Assembly: GCF_044704955.1 (NCBI RefSeq)
Contig: NC_091994.1
Location: 95,728,001 to 95,792,000, forward strand
Direction: 5' to 3'
Source of the DNA: Pristiophorus japonicus
Taxonomy: Eukaryota
DNA length: 64,000 nt
Below are positions 1 to 13,670 of the stretch, one piece after another; positions within the stretch are counted from its first letter, which is position 1; each line of letters starts with the position of its first letter. The position numbers and the translations under genes are program-made. Below the pieces are notes generated by a model, which saw only the letters and a program-made list of their open reading frames with translations, was not told where the DNA came from and made no database searches.

Positions 1-459
1 GGAATAGTCGGGTTTGGAGTTAACAAAGGCATTGGATGAGAGTTTCAGGAGGGACATGTTTTTGCCCTGTTCCAATATTCCCTCTTCCTGTAGGTGTTGC
101 CAACTTCTGGGGTACTAATCCACAGGCACCATGCAGCACCTCGCAAAAAAATTGGCTAATCTCCCTGCGTAATCCATGTGTTGGTGGGCTAGTTGACCAT
201 CACAACACAGCCCAATTCGGGCTCATCTAAAATCCACTTCTGGCAAACTGGGGGGGGGGGGGGGAGTGGGGGGGTGGCAGGAGAGGTGCCCATGGGATAG
301 CAATGAGGGAGAAGGACCTAGCAGATTCCTCCCCACTCCTCCTTAACGCAGTAAAGCCGCGGCTAAGTGTAGCCTCCCTCCCATCACCCCAGTTGTGTTT
401 TGTTCACTCAACATGGAGCAGAGATAGATTACTGAGCTTAACAGCACAACATGCAGTAC

Positions 460-1590
460 ATAGGAACAGGAAGAGGTCATCCAGGCCCTTGAGCCTGTTT
501 CGCCATTCAATTAGATCATGGCTGATCTGTAACTCAACTCTCCATTTTTCTGAATTTGCTCCATACCCCTTGATACCCTTACCCAACAAAAATCTATCTT
601 AAAAGCCAACTTACCCCCAGCATCCACAGCCTTTTGGCAGGGAGTTTTCCAGATTACAGGACAGGCTCTCAGCAGGGGAGCTAGCTACAAACTTTTAAAC
701 GTAAAGTATTGTATTTACTGTAAAATCTGGTACATCAGTGTATTTCGATCGCATTTCGATCGCAGCATTAACATAGAAAAATGTCCCAAGGCGCTTCACA
801 GGAGGCGGAAAGATAAAACAGGCGCTGAGACAAACAACAAGGTATTAGGAGGGGTCATATATATGAGGGGTTTGTGCTGTTGAAATAGAATAATAGAGGA
901 CAGAAGGAGGCCATTCGGCCCATCGTGCCTGTGCCCCTCTGTGAAAGAGCAATCCGATTAGTCCCACTCCCTGCTCTTTCCCCGCAGCACTGCTACATTT
1001 TGCTCATCAACTATTTATCCAATTCCCTTTTGCAAGTTACTGTGGAATCTGCTGCCAGGCCGTGCGTTCCAGATCATCACAACTCGCTGTGCAGAAAAAA
1101 TCCTTTTCTTTTGTTACCAATGGTTCTTTTGCCAATTACCTTAAATTTTGCCGATTACCTTAAAAAGGTTGATTACCTTTAGGGAGGGAATTTCAGAGAG
1201 TGGGTCCTGGGCGGTTGAAGGCCCGGCGCCAATGGTGGAGCGAAGGATGGAGAGAGGCGCAACAACTTAAACAAGCAGAAGAGACGAGCATTGTTCCCGG
1301 TGGCAGAGGGGTTGGTAACCAGAGGACACAGCTTTAAGGCAATTGGCAAACGAGAAAATTTACACAGCGATGCTGTGGTGATCTGGAACGGACGGCCTGA
1401 AAGGCTGATGGAAGCAGATTCAATAGTAACATTCAAAAGAGAACTGGATAACTACTGGAAGGGAAAACATTTGCAGGGTTACGGGAAAAGAGCAGGGGAG
1501 TGGGACTAATCAGATAGTTCTACCAAAGAGCTGGCATAGGCACGATGGGCGGAATGGTCTCCTTCTGTACTGTATCATTCTATGATTGTA
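460..1590. mobile_element. Cluster of short CR1 3' ends (~460-660 minus, ~880-1160 minus, ~1270-1590 plus)
   Basis: CR1 3'UTR motifs (ggccattcggccc, gatcatggctgatc, RGHSFK). Confidence 0.7.
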
Positions 1591-2198
1591 AGAGAAATTG
1601 TACAGGTGGATAGCACATCCCCACCTCACACACACAAAACAACACATTAAGGGAAATCTATACACCGTAATTCACAGTGCTTACATTTAGAATCGGTGTT
1701 GCATGTGCTGCTGACATTAGCCAATGTTTAAGCCCAATGGACAACTGACAATCCAATTAAGGCACTCCGGAGGAGGCAATGCCTTTAAACTGGACACCCT
1801 GTCAATAGAGTGAAAGGTTGGTCCTGCCAGGAACTGTCATTAGCACATTTAGTGAACACTTGGCCATGTCACAATCAAAGGCATACTGGTACCACATGGG
1901 ACACACATTAGCAATCTGCTTATTTTGACTCCATGAGCCTAATACTGCGAATTGGATTTGGGAATATAAACCGATTTCAAGGCTCGGAATCCTGGATTGA
2001 ACAGTATTTTGGTTTCTGCTAATAAGATAAAGCTTCTCTTTGTCCTGCTCAGAATGGCACAGAACTGCATGGAAAATGTCAGCGAACTGGCCAGTAACAG
2101 AATAAAACAGAACAGCAAAAAGCAAGTCAAAATGAAAATGATCAAAAAAAATATAACGGTAGAGAGAGAAGCATTTTTTAAATGTTCGTGAATAATTA

Positions 2199-2375
<177 letters not shown>

Positions 2376-2464
2376 CTACTCCCCAAGACCCCAAAACTGG
2401 GCAACTCCTCCTCTCCCCATTCCTCCGCCAATCTTCAAGCTTTTAAAACCCAACTTCAGTGGTT

Positions 2465-3035
2465 AGCTAGGAACAACACCCCACCTTTCAATTAGTTACT
2501 TTACAGCCTTCCGGACTCAACAATTTCAGATTATAACCACTGTCCCCACTGTCTCGGGCAACAGCTGCTGGCAATGGTTCTCCTGTCGCCACTTACAGCT
2601 CCTCTCGACCCACCTTTTGTTTCTTTACTTGTCCCATCACCATCCCCTTTTATCTCGCACCATCACTGCTTTTATTTAATCTCTCCTGCCTTCCACCCTA
2701 TCACAGACCTTCCCTTTTGCTCTTTCCTCCCTTTCCCCTGTGTTTGCTTAATACCGGTTACATCTCGAACTTTTTCCAGTTCTGATGGAAGGTCATCGAC
2801 CTGAAACATTAAACTCTGAATATATTTAAGGCGGAGATAGACCGATTTTTGAGTGATAAAGGAATAAAGGGTTATGGGAAGCGGGCGGGGAGGTGGAGCC
2901 GAGTCCATGATAGATCAGCCATGATTTTATTAAATAGTGGCCTACTCCTGCTCCTATTTCTTATGTTCTTGTGTTTCTCTCTCCACAAATGCTGTCTGAC
3001 TTGCTGAGTATTTCCAGCATTTTCTGCTTTTATTC
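2465..3035 (+). mobile_element. Penelope-like element 3' fragment interrupted by a CR1 3' end (~2815-2970)
   Basis: Degenerate EQH..F.L.TLQPSGLN terminus of the GIY-YIG region; pseudo-LTR-like tctgatg.aaggtcatcgacctgaaac and gatgctg.ctgac.tgctgag.atttccagcattt motifs. Confidence 0.5.
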
Positions 3036-4524
3036 CCTAGTTTACCTCGTTAATTCTTCCACTCTTTTCAACCCTTGGTGATGCTCTTCACTAAAAACAA
3101 AATTTGACTGCACAGGTTCACTTAACCCCTGATGGACCAAAAGCCCCTTCAACATCCTGTGTCGCAAGTTTGCATGACCAGCTGTGACTTTTCCTCATGG
3201 GTTTCTCTATTCTCCTGAAGGCGCTGACCCTACTGAGGTACAAATTGGAGGGTGCTCCTTGGGGCACCTGACAAGTGCTCGGTCCTCACAGCCGAGCCTA
3301 GACGGTGAATATCGGCCGGCTATAGGACCCTGGGGACACCAGAGCCCAGCCCAATCCTGTCCTCACCCAACATCCGCACACATGCACTTTCCAGGGAGGG
3401 GCAATCAATAGTAATCAATTAAACAAAAACAAACCCTTGCATTTATATAGCGCCTTTCATGACCTCAGGGCATCCCAAAACACTTTACAGCCAATGAAGT
3501 ACGTTCAAAGTGTAGTCACTGTTGTAGATTTTAAAATTCTCATCCTTGTTTACAAATCCCACCAAGGCCTCACCTCTCCACATCTGTGTAACCTCCTCCA
3601 GCCCTACAACCCTCCGAGATCTCTGCACTCCTCCAATTCTGACCTCATGCGCATCTACCACTTCCATTGGCAGCCATGCCTTCAGCAGTCTAGGCTCTAA
3701 GCAATGGAATTCCCTCTAAAACCCCTCCACTTCTCTTTCCTCCTTTAAGATGCTCCTTAAAACCTACCTTATCAACCAAGCATTTGGGCATCTGTCCTAA
3801 TGTCTCACATGGATCGGTGTCCAATTTTTGTCTGATAATGCTCCTATGAAGCACCCTGGGACGTTTTACTACATTAAAGGTGCTATATAAATGCAAGATA
3901 CTGTTGTTGTAGGAAACGCAACAGCCAATTTGCACACAGCAAGGTCCCGCAAAGAGAATTGTGATAATGATCGGATAAGCTGTTTTTAGTGATGTTGGTT
4001 GAGGGCTAAATATTGGCTGGAACTACAGGCAGGAACTCTGGCTGATAGCTTTCCCCCTCTCTAACCCAGGGTGCTGAGGCCAATTTTAGAATCTCAAGCA
4101 CCGTCCTGGGTTTCAGGGCAGAAACAGTTCTATAGCCTGGTGCAAGATACACAGGGAGCTACGTAAAATTATAATGTTCTGCAGCAGATTTTGCAAGCTG
4201 CAAATGTTTGGATGGGCTCCTAAGATCGGCAATTTAGTCACCTTGAGCTCCCATTCAGTCTCCCTCAATGCCCAGCAATCACTACACTTGGCTGTTGATG
4301 CCAAATCAAACGTGGTCTGACAAAACTATTCCCTCCAAAGGCTCAATCTTAATAAAAAGACAGAAATACAGATGGGGCCAATTTTGACGATTGGTGAAGG
4401 GCGACACTGGCTTGCTTCAGGGTCAATAAACAAAAAACAGCATGTGTCCCTTTTGAAGGAAACATATGGTCCCATCAAACTAAAAGCTCTACATAAGCAA
4501 CAAAAGCAAAGGGAACCTTCCCAA

Positions 4525-4655
4525 TTAAGTGACAATGTTGTTACCAGTGTCTAACAGACACATTATACCCTGCGGTGCCCGATGGTCGCGGAAGGCATCA
4601 ACCGTGCCGGCAGATACCGTATTCTCCCTCTCCAGGGCCACCCAGGTGCGGAGTA
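4525..4655 (-). mobile_element. Tx1/L1-clade LINE ORF2 C-terminal fragment
   Basis: LRTWVALERENTVSAGTVDAFRDHRAPQG resembles the Tx1-type ORF2 terminus; recognised by eye only. Confidence 0.5.
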
Positions 4656-5611
4656 TCGAGGAACAGAGGCAGGCAGATGGGGCCTTCTCTATAACGAGGT
4701 TTGAGTTGGTTTCTGAAGAGTGTGTTTTGCCACCAATCAGGGCCCTGAGATCTGGGGGGGGGTTCTGACTGGATCTTTCTGCTCTGCCATTGGAGGAACA
4801 GAAGTCAGGTGACCTCACTAATGCCAAATGTTGCTGGGAGCCTCATTTACATTTAAAACACAAACGGGCCAATCGAACTTTAATTTGTTTAATATTTAGT
4901 CACGTGTCATCAGTGAAGGTGGCCAAAAAAATTAAACAATTTCCCACCAAATTGCTGAAGGGATGGAATAATTTACCAGATGCTTTTTACAAACAACTTG
5001 CATTTATATAGCACCTTTAATGTAAAGCGTCCCAAAGGATGCTTCACAGGAACGATTATCAAACAAACTTTGACACCAAGCACATAAAGGAGTTATTAGA
5101 AGTGCCCAAAAGCTTTGACAAAGAAGTAGGTTTTAAGGAGCATCTTAGAGGAGAGAGAGTTAGAGAGGCGGGGAGGTTTAGGGAGGGAATTCCAGAGCTT
5201 AAGGCCTCGGAGGCTGAAGGCACGGCTGGCAATGGTGGTACAATGAAAATCGAGGATCCACAAGAGGTCAGAATTGGAGGGACGCAGAGGTGTCAGAGGG
5301 TTGTGGGGCTGGAGGAGATTAGAGAGATAGGGAGGGGCGAGGGGGAAGGGGCCCAACACCTGTAAAACATTTAAATTTAGACCGGTCACAGCCAGGCCTG
5401 CTACAGATAGCCTCAGCTCCCCTGGGCAGGGGCGGGGAGGGGAGAGGAGGAAAGATGGGCTCAAGCTCCTGGCTGCAACGTGCCAAAACTCGACGGCCCA
5501 GGCTCACAGGTGAAGAATGGCCACTTGGATGAGGTGCCAGAGAGCATCAGACATTCGTGGAGCCTGTCGTCCTGGCAACAGTCAGCGCCTTCCGGAGAGG
5601 CCAAGGCAAAG

Positions 5612-6105
5612 ATCATCATCATCTTCAGCAGTCCCTAGGAATTGAGGGAGACTTGCTTCCACTCTAAAAATGAGTCCTTAGGTGGCTGAGTCCAATACGC
5701 GAACCACAGTCTCTGTCACAGGTGGGACAGATAGTCGTTGTGGGAAGGGGTGGGTAGGATTGGTTTGTCGCACGCTCTTTCCGCAGCCTGCGCTTGATTT
5801 CTGCATGCTCTCGCCGATGAGACTCGAGGTGCTCAGCGCCCTCCCGGATGCACTTCCTCCACTTAGGGTGGTCTTTGGCCAGGGACTCTCAGGTGTCAGT
5901 GGGGACGTTGCACTTTATCAGGGAGGCTTTGAGGGTGTCCTTGTAACGTTTCCTCTGCCCACCTTTGGCTCGTTTGCCGTGAAGGAGTTCCGAGTAGAGC
6001 ACTTGCTTTGGGAGTCTCGTGTCTGGCATGCGGACTATGTGGCCTGCCCAGCGGAGCTGATCAAGTGTGGTCAGTGCTTCAATGCTGGGGATGTTAGCCT
6101 GGACG
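5612..6105 (-). mobile_element. RTE LINE 3' fragment
   Basis: (ATG)n tail at ~5612; close similarity to ~61660-62125. Confidence 0.85.
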
Positions 6106-6679
6106 TGATAAAGCCGGCCATGGTGAGGTCGGGATAAACAGCAGGTTTCACAACCAAATCATTTCTTCCTGCTAATCAATGAATACAGAAATATTCCTCA
6201 ACTGGATTTTCTTTAAACAAATGGTAACATTTACCAAGAAACAATTCTGAAAGACACATGTCTGCCAAAAGAAAACAATTCCTGCCTGATCTCTAGCCGG
6301 AGCTGGGAATGGAAATGCTACATGGAAAGATATACAGCTTTACGTAACAAGAGAAGCAGGCTCCATCTGCAGCTCATCCACTGCTCAATTTACCAGCCAG
6401 TGTTGTACATTTAAGTAAGTGTTCAGGTTCTGCGGTCACAGAAATCACATCTTCTTCTGACAGACCCTAAGCTAACCAGAGGCCAGACACTGAAGTAATG
6501 AGATTGTCGGTGCTTCTCCTTTCAATCCCGGAATGGAGGCTGCAGCATTTAGACATCACGATAAAGATGCAGAAATAACCCGGTGCAGAATGCCAGCCAG
6601 CTTCCAGTTAAATAAACCATCACGTCTGCTGCAAAATGGCACAGTCGGTAGTTGAAGATTGAATAAATAAATAATATTG

Positions 6680-6945
6680 CCCCACCCCCACCCAACCAAC
6701 CCACCATCCTCCCCCCATCCACACCACCCCAATCTCCCCACCCAATCCTCACCCGAACCCCCACCCCCCCCACCCTGCATCCCCACCCAGCCCCCCCACC
6801 CTCACCTCAGCACCCCCCCACTCCTCCCCCCCTACCCAACGCCCCCCACCCAACACCCCCCACCTCCACCAACCCTTCACCCCCACCCACAACCCCCTCA
6901 CCCACACCGCAACCCCCCCCCCACCCCTCCAACACCACCCACAAC
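6680..6945. repeat. C-rich low-complexity tract
   Basis: Runs of C interrupted by A/T; a similar tract lies at 8905-9120. Confidence 0.8.
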
Positions 6946-6984
6946 TTGCGATTATTAGGCAAACCTTGAAATGGGCTGCGTCTG

Positions 6985-7406
6985 CTGTCGCCTCCGAGTC
7001 AGAAGGTCGTGGGTTCAAGCCCCTCTCCAGAACCTAGCACATAGTCCAGGCTGACACTCCCAGTGCAGCACCGGGGGAGTGCTGCTCTCTTGGAGGTCCC
7101 GCCTTTCGGACGAGACGTTAATCCGAGGCCCTGTCTGCTCTCTCGAGTGGACTCCCAAGAAGAGCAGGGGGAGTTCTCCCCGGTGACCTGGGGCCAATAT
7201 TTATCCCTCAATCAACATCACTAAAACAGATTAACTGGTCATTATCACATTGCTGTTTGTGGGAGCTTGCTGTGCGCAAATTGGCTACCGCATTTCCCAC
7301 ATTACAACAGTGACTACACTTCAAAAGTACTTCATTGGCTGTGAAGCGCTTTGAGACATCCTGAGGTCGTGAAAAGCAGAATATAAATGCAAGTCTTTCT
7401 TTTCTT
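6985..7406 (+). mobile_element. tRNA-headed Deu-domain SINE (SacSINE1-like) with L2-type tail
   Basis: B-box-like GGTTCAAGCCC; Deu-type core GCCTTTCGGACGAGACGTTAA..CCCCGGTG.CCTGG; tail ATATAAATGCAAGTCTTTCTTT. Confidence 0.75.
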
Positions 7407-9196
7407 TCGGGCCTAGACGGTGAGGATAAAGTGGCTAGTCAACTTGCGGGGCGGGGGGGGTGAGGAGCCTGATCTTGTTCATGGTCAAAGGCCACTCCCT
7501 CGCCTCACCTTGGCTGAGATCAGCTTCTTTTTAAAAATGATCATGGTCGCAGCTGAAGTTACAATAGCCTGGTCAGCCCCACTTTGCCCATCATATTCAG
7601 GATTTTACCCTGGACCACATTTCCTCTCAGCAACATCCTAAATAAATAGAAGTTACAACACGGAAACAGGCCATTCAGCCCAACCAGTCAGTGCCGGCCT
7701 TTACGAACAAATCGTCCCAACTCCATTTACCCACCCTGTTCCCCTCTTCCTTCATCCCCCTCTCCAATCTAATCTCGAATGTTGACATCGTTTCTGCCTC
7801 AACCACTAACCCGGGAATGAATTTCACTGCCTCACAACTCTCTCCGGGTGAAGATTTTTCTCCTGCCCTCTGTTCTAAATCTTCTAATTGTATCAGTGGC
7901 CTCTTGTTCTTGACCCCTTACCTACTGGAAGCAGTTTGACTCTATCTGCCCAGTATCATCCTTTCAAAATGTTAAACACTTCTGTATGTCACCCTGTAAT
8001 CTGTGTTCTAACAAAAAAAGACCTAACTTTTTTGAGTCTTTCTTGGTATTTGTATTTCCTCACACCAAGTAGCACCTTCGTGAATCTGCATCACAGGCTC
8101 TCTGAAGCCTTATTATCCTTCTCTATGCAGTCGGATGGTCTGTCCACCATCCGACTGAACACTGGGAAAACTCTGCCATAAAGTCAACTTTCGTGTGACT
8201 GACTCCACTTCCCTCACCGGCCACACACTGAACTAGACCAGGTAAAATCTCAGTACCCTGTTTAACCCAGAGCTCGGCTACAAACTCCACATCTTATCCT
8301 TCACCAAGAATGCTTGTTTCCATGACCACGGCACCTCTTCCCCCTACCTGACCTCTGCTGTCACCGATACCCTTATCCCCACTTTTGTCATCTCTGGAGC
8401 CCATTTCTCCAATGGCGTCCTTGCCATCCTCCATAAACACCAACTTGTCTACATCCTGTGCTGCGCTAGGGCCTGTTCGCTCATCATCCCCGCGCTACAC
8501 TGGCGCCCTGTTCCCCTCAACACATTCCATTTCAAATCACCATCCGCCTCAACCAAACCTTCCACATCCCCAACCCACCCATCTCTGCAACCTCAGCCAG
8601 CCTCGTATCGCTTCCCACAGCGTTCAGTCCCTCTGCACATCCCCTCCCTTCACCCCAGCCATTGGTGGCAGAAGCTTCAGTTAATTCAGTCAGACTCCCG
8701 CCCTGAAGCCCTCTCCACTTCTCCACCCATCTTTAAAAATCTTCCCAAAAGCTTTCTGTCACTTTAATTCTCCCACCCTGGCTCACAGTCCATTCCTTTA
8801 TCCCCATGATCTATTTTATTTAACTTTTTCTCCCCGCTCTGTAAAAGCATCTTTTCTACATTAAAGATGCCATGAAAGTTGTCATTGGTGTGACTTTTAC
8901 AATTCCCCCACCCTCACTGCGATCCCGCTCCCTCACCCCCACCCCCCCCCCACCCGACCCTCACGGCAATCCCTCTCCCTCACCACCTCCTCCCCTTCTC
9001 ACCCTCACTGTCATCCCTCTCCCTCACCCCCCTCCCCCGTCCCACCCTCACTGCCACCCCTATCCCTCACCCCCCAATTCCCCCATTCTCACTACAATCT
9101 CTCCCCCTTATCCCCCAATTGCCTCAGTGTAGCAGTAATCTCTTCAATTCCCTCCCACGGTAACCTCAGTATGTCTGTGATTCTCTCCCACATTAC

Positions 9197-9339
9197 CTCT
9201 TTCTTTCTCTTCTTCATTTTGGGAGTCTTGTTCTCTTTCTGTTTCCGTGGTTTCCTTTTTTTCTTCACTTTGGCCGGCTCTTCTTCCGAAAACATCGCTT
9301 CACGACCTTCCTCTTCCTCCTCTTCCTCTTCCTCTTCCT
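9197..9339 (-). CDS. CHD5: CHD5 coding exon 2 (acidic then Lys-rich N-terminus)
   Basis: ttcacag|AG GAA...AAA GAG|gtaatg; 143 nt, phase 1 to phase 0; Glu-run then GREAMFSEEEPAKVKKKRKPRKQKENKTPKMKKRKKE, resembling CHD5/CHD4 KKKKPKKLKENK..KRKKKE; frame-compatible with exon 1. Confidence 0.85.
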
Positions 9340-10639
9340 CTGTGAAATCAATAAAGATTTTAAGGGCTCAGCCAAGTCTGCCAGGACTTACTGAGTCAGA
9401 CGGGAGGTTGTCCCCAATTCCCACAGGAAAGACATTAAAAGAACAGAACACGAGAGTGAGGAGGCACATGCCTCAGTTACCAGTTATTTACAGGTCCCGG
9501 TTACCCCAGTTGCTCACTAAGTAAAAGCAATAACCAGCACACCCATCACTAATGAACTATTTTTATCCATGGTGGATTGTTCACTGGATTCTTTCTTGCT
9601 GGTCACACACAACAACATGCAATTATGTTTTTAGTAAAACGTCCCAAGGTGCTTCACACGAGGGATTAGGACAGGTGACCAAAAGCTTGGTCAAAGAGAT
9701 AGGGTTAAGGAGCGTTTTAAAAGAGGTAGAGAGTCAGAGGGTTAGGGAGGGGATTGCAGAGTTTAAGGCCTAAAAGACTGAAGGAAAGCAGGGTTGCACA
9801 AGAGGACAGAACTGGAGGAGCGCAGAGATCACGGGGGAGTTGTAGGGCTTCAGCAGGTTACAGTGACAGGGAGGGGCGAGGCCATGGAGGGATTTGAACA
9901 CAAGGATGAGAAATATAAATCTGAGGCTTTGCTGGACCAGGAAGCAATGTAGGTCAGCGAGCACAGGGGTGATGGGTGAACGGGACTTGGTGCGAGTTAG
10001 GGTACGGGCAGCAGAGTTTAGGAGTTTCCCAGGAAGGGGTCAAGCTATTCAGCTCCAACGTCCTGTGTGACTGACAGCCTGAGCATAGGTCCGACTGATA
10101 TCTTTGTCTGAGGCGGGTCGTGTCTGTGAGAGGGGCAGAGCCCATTATTCTATCTAGTCCCTTTGACAGACTGCTTCCGAGTCAGTAGCTTCCCACTGTG
10201 GGCTTATAATGACCACTTAGTTCACCGGTCACTCTGAAGGCAGCAGAGATACTGGGATAATCAGGGGAGCACTTAGCCATGTGAGAACTAAGCAACTAAA
10301 TATTTCAAGGACCTGATTTATAATGAGGGTTTGCACAGAAGTGCCTTTGCTATTTTTACATTTCAAGAAGAATATTAAAGTCTGTAAATACTATTAATCT
10401 GCTGAACTCTGCTCATTTACATGTTTATTTTTCAATAAATTTGTCTAATGTGTACATGAGAAGCAGATCACAAGGCTATACACGATTATATTCCCAGTAA
10501 TTTGTAGCGCAGTGAGCAGGGTTCTCTTCTACCTTGGGTCTCGCTATATTTGTCTAGATATTGGGCAGGTAAAGGCGCACTCCAGCTCATAAGGCGCGTA
10601 AAGTCCATTTACACGAGTGGCCGCTGATGGCACACATAT

Positions 10640-11000
10640 TTACCAACCAAACAAGTATCTTGGTATCATCAGGAAATGTAATAATGAAAATATTCTCCTC
10701 CAAACCTCTTAGGAACAATGAGGGACCCAGAATAGACACCTGTGACACTCCGCTGGTGACTGGCCCCAGTCAGAGCTTTCTCCCACCTACCTAACGAGCC
10801 AAGTGTCCATCCAGCTCGGTTAGCTGCCATTAATTACCTGGGTCTTACTCTTCATTAAAAGCCTCAACTGTGAAATGATCTCACGGTTAGCCCTCGAGCA
10901 CAGGTTTAATTACCTCCTCAAAAGGGTTGTAGCGATGATTGAGGCATGTCCTTCTAAATCCATGCCGATTCCTCCCCACGCTTCCCCCAGCTCTTCAGGT
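10640..11000 (-). mobile_element. Highly diverged LINE RT remnant (CR1-like)
   Basis: Minus strand reads VTSGVSQVSILGP and FPDDTKIL, degenerate forms of VTSGVPQGSVLGP and FADDTKL. Confidence 0.55.
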
Positions 11001-12246
11001 GAGCCATGATGGTGCCCTGCCTAATACACTTTCCCCAATACGCATGTTTGGCTCACTGCTCTGCAATTTCCAATTTCAATAATCCGGTCACTTATGGGCG
11101 AGCGCAAAGGAAAATGATTAAAACTGTTGGATTGTTGTAAAAATCCAATCGGTTCATTAATGTCATTCAAGGAATTGAGGTTGTCACGTTGACAACTCAA
11201 GGCTCGCACTGTGGCTGACTCAGAATAACCCCCTGGTAAAACAACCCATTACATTTTCTGCATTACAACAGTGATTACATTTCAAAATTGCTCCATCAGC
11301 TGTAAAGCACTTTGGGACGTCCCGAAGTCATGCAAGGCGCTATATAAATGCAAATCTTACTTTCTTTTCTAAATGCAATTCTTTCATTACAGAATAAAAT
11401 GAAGTGTTACAGCGGTTCAAGGAGAAGGCCCACCATCAACTTCTCACAGCAATGCAATGCCGACCATGCCCCACTTCAATTAAAGATACAGCCTCACTCT
11501 ATTCTCTCAGTGATGGCCCAGGAGTCTGGCCACAGGCTGGCTGACCCCTTACAGACCAAGGATTGACCCAGGGTCCTATTGGTCTGTGCGGCACAATGCC
11601 ACACTGCCCCAACCCACTGGGTCAGTGGGGAGGCCTTTTTTTTTGGTGTTTCATCATTGAGACGTTAAACCAAGGCCTCGTCTGTTCTCTTGGGCGGACG
11701 GAAAAGATCCCACAGCCATATTTTTAAGAGCAGAGGAGTTTCCCCCGGTGTCCTAGCCAAAATTTATCCCTTAACCAACATCACTAAAACAGATTACAAC
11801 AGTGACGACACTTCAAAAGCACTTGGTTGACTGTAAAGCTCTTTGGGACATCCTGAGGTCATGAAATACAAGTCTGTCTTTCTTTCTTTAAACAAGGCCC
11901 AATGTACAAACATAGACAACAACCTAATCTAACCAAAGAGAGAAGTCACTCCATACACCGTAGTGAGAATAAACTGCCAAAAATTAATCAGTCCCCTATC
12001 TTAGCACAAATGATCAACCGAGTAAGTGCTACATAGAAGAAGTGAGTTACAGGCTGGAATCCATCAAGGGGTTCAGATTCAATGTGGCTGATACAAGATG
12101 ATGCTAGTACTCAAAGTTAGCTGCAGCATTTAGAGTGCTCAGTATACACTGCATTTATATTTTACAGTCAGATTGTTTTCTTCAAAGTGAGAGTTGTCAG
12201 TGTTCGAAAATGAATCACTTTTTCCATTACAGCATCCAGCAGCAGT

Positions 12247-12372
12247 ATCAAACACTCCCTGGGCAGGTACAACACGGGTTAGATACAGAGTAAACATCCC
12301 TCGACACTGCCCATCAAACACTCCCGGGGCAGGTACAGCATGGGTTAAACACAGAGTAAAGCTCCGTCTTCA
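12247..12372. repeat. ~67-bp tandem repeat (2 units here, ~1.5 more at 14046-14148 after nested CR1s)
   Basis: Unit CATCAAACACTCCCAGGGCAGGTACAGCACGGGTTAGATACAGAGTAAAGCTCCCTCTACACTGTCC; measured period 66-67 bp. Confidence 0.8.
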
Positions 12373-12713
12373 CAATAAATGGGAGGATACTGAGAGGTGT
12401 GGGGGACAGAGGGACCTTGGAGTGTATGTTCACAGATCCTTAAAGGTAGCAGGACAGGTAGATAAGGTAGTTAAAAAACATATGGAATGCTTTCCTTTAT
12501 TAGCCGAGGTATAGAATACAAGAGCAGGGAAGTTATACTAGAACTGTATACAACACAAACTAGGCCACAACTTTGAGTACTGCGTGCAGTTCTGGTCACC
12601 ACATTACAGGAAGGATGTGATTGCACTAGAAAGGGTGCAGAGATTTACGAGGATGTTGCAAGGACTGGAAAACTTTAGCTATAAGGAAAGATTGGATAGG
12701 CTGGGGTTGTTTT

Positions 12714-13670
12714 CATAGAAACATAGAAAAATAGGTGCAGGAGTAGGCCATTCGGCCCCTCGAGCCTGCACCACCATTCAATAAGATCATGGCTGATCAT
12801 TCACCTCAGTACCCCTTTCCTGCTTTCTCTCCACACCCCTTGATCCCTTTAGCCGTAAGGGCCATATCTAACTCCCTCTTGAATATATCTAACGAACTGG
12901 CATCAACAACTCTCTGCGGAAGAGAATTCCACAGGTTAACAATTCTCTTAGTGAAGAAGTTTCTCCTCATCTTGGTCCTAAATGACTTACCCCTTATCCT
13001 TAGACTGTAACCCCTGGTTCTGGACTTCCCCAACATCGGGAACATTCTTCCTGCATCTAACCTGTCCAGTCCCATCAGAATTTTATATGTTTCTATGAGA
13101 TCCCCTCTCATTCTTCTAAACTCCAGTGAATACAGGCCCAGTCGATCCAGTCTCTCCTCATATGTCAGTCCTGCCATCCCGGGAATTAGTCTGGTGAACC
13201 TTCGCTACACTCCCTCAATAGCAAGACCATCCTTCCTCAGATTAGGAGACCAAAACTGAACACAATATTCCAGGTGAGGCCTCACCAAGGCCCTGTACAG
13301 CTGCAGCAAGACCTCCCTGCTCCTATACTCATATCCCCTAGTTATGAAGGCCAATATGCCATTTGCCTTCTTCACCTCCTGCTGTACCTGCATGCCAATT
13401 TTCAATGACTGATGTACCATGACACCCAGGTCTCGTTGCACCTCCCCTTTTTCTAACCTGCCGCCATTCAGATAATATTCTGCCTTCAAGTTTTTGCCAC
13501 CAAAGTGGATAACCTCACATTTATCCACATTATACTACATCTGCCATGCATTTTCACACTCACCTAACCTGTCCAAGTCACCCTGCAGCCTCTTAGCATC
13601 CTCCTCACAGCTCACACCGCCACCTAGCTTAGTGTCATCTGCAAACCTGGAGATATTACACTCAATTCCT
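12714..13670 (-). mobile_element. CR1 LINE 3' fragment nested in a plus-strand CR1 (12375-12713 and 13668-14045)
   Basis: FADDTKLGG, RPHLEYCVQFW and NLWNSLP motifs; tail repeat; the host CR1 resumes after it. Confidence 0.9.

Noticed and set aside
6549-7018. Pro-rich and Gly-rich ORFs
   Set aside because: Translations of a C-rich low-complexity tract.
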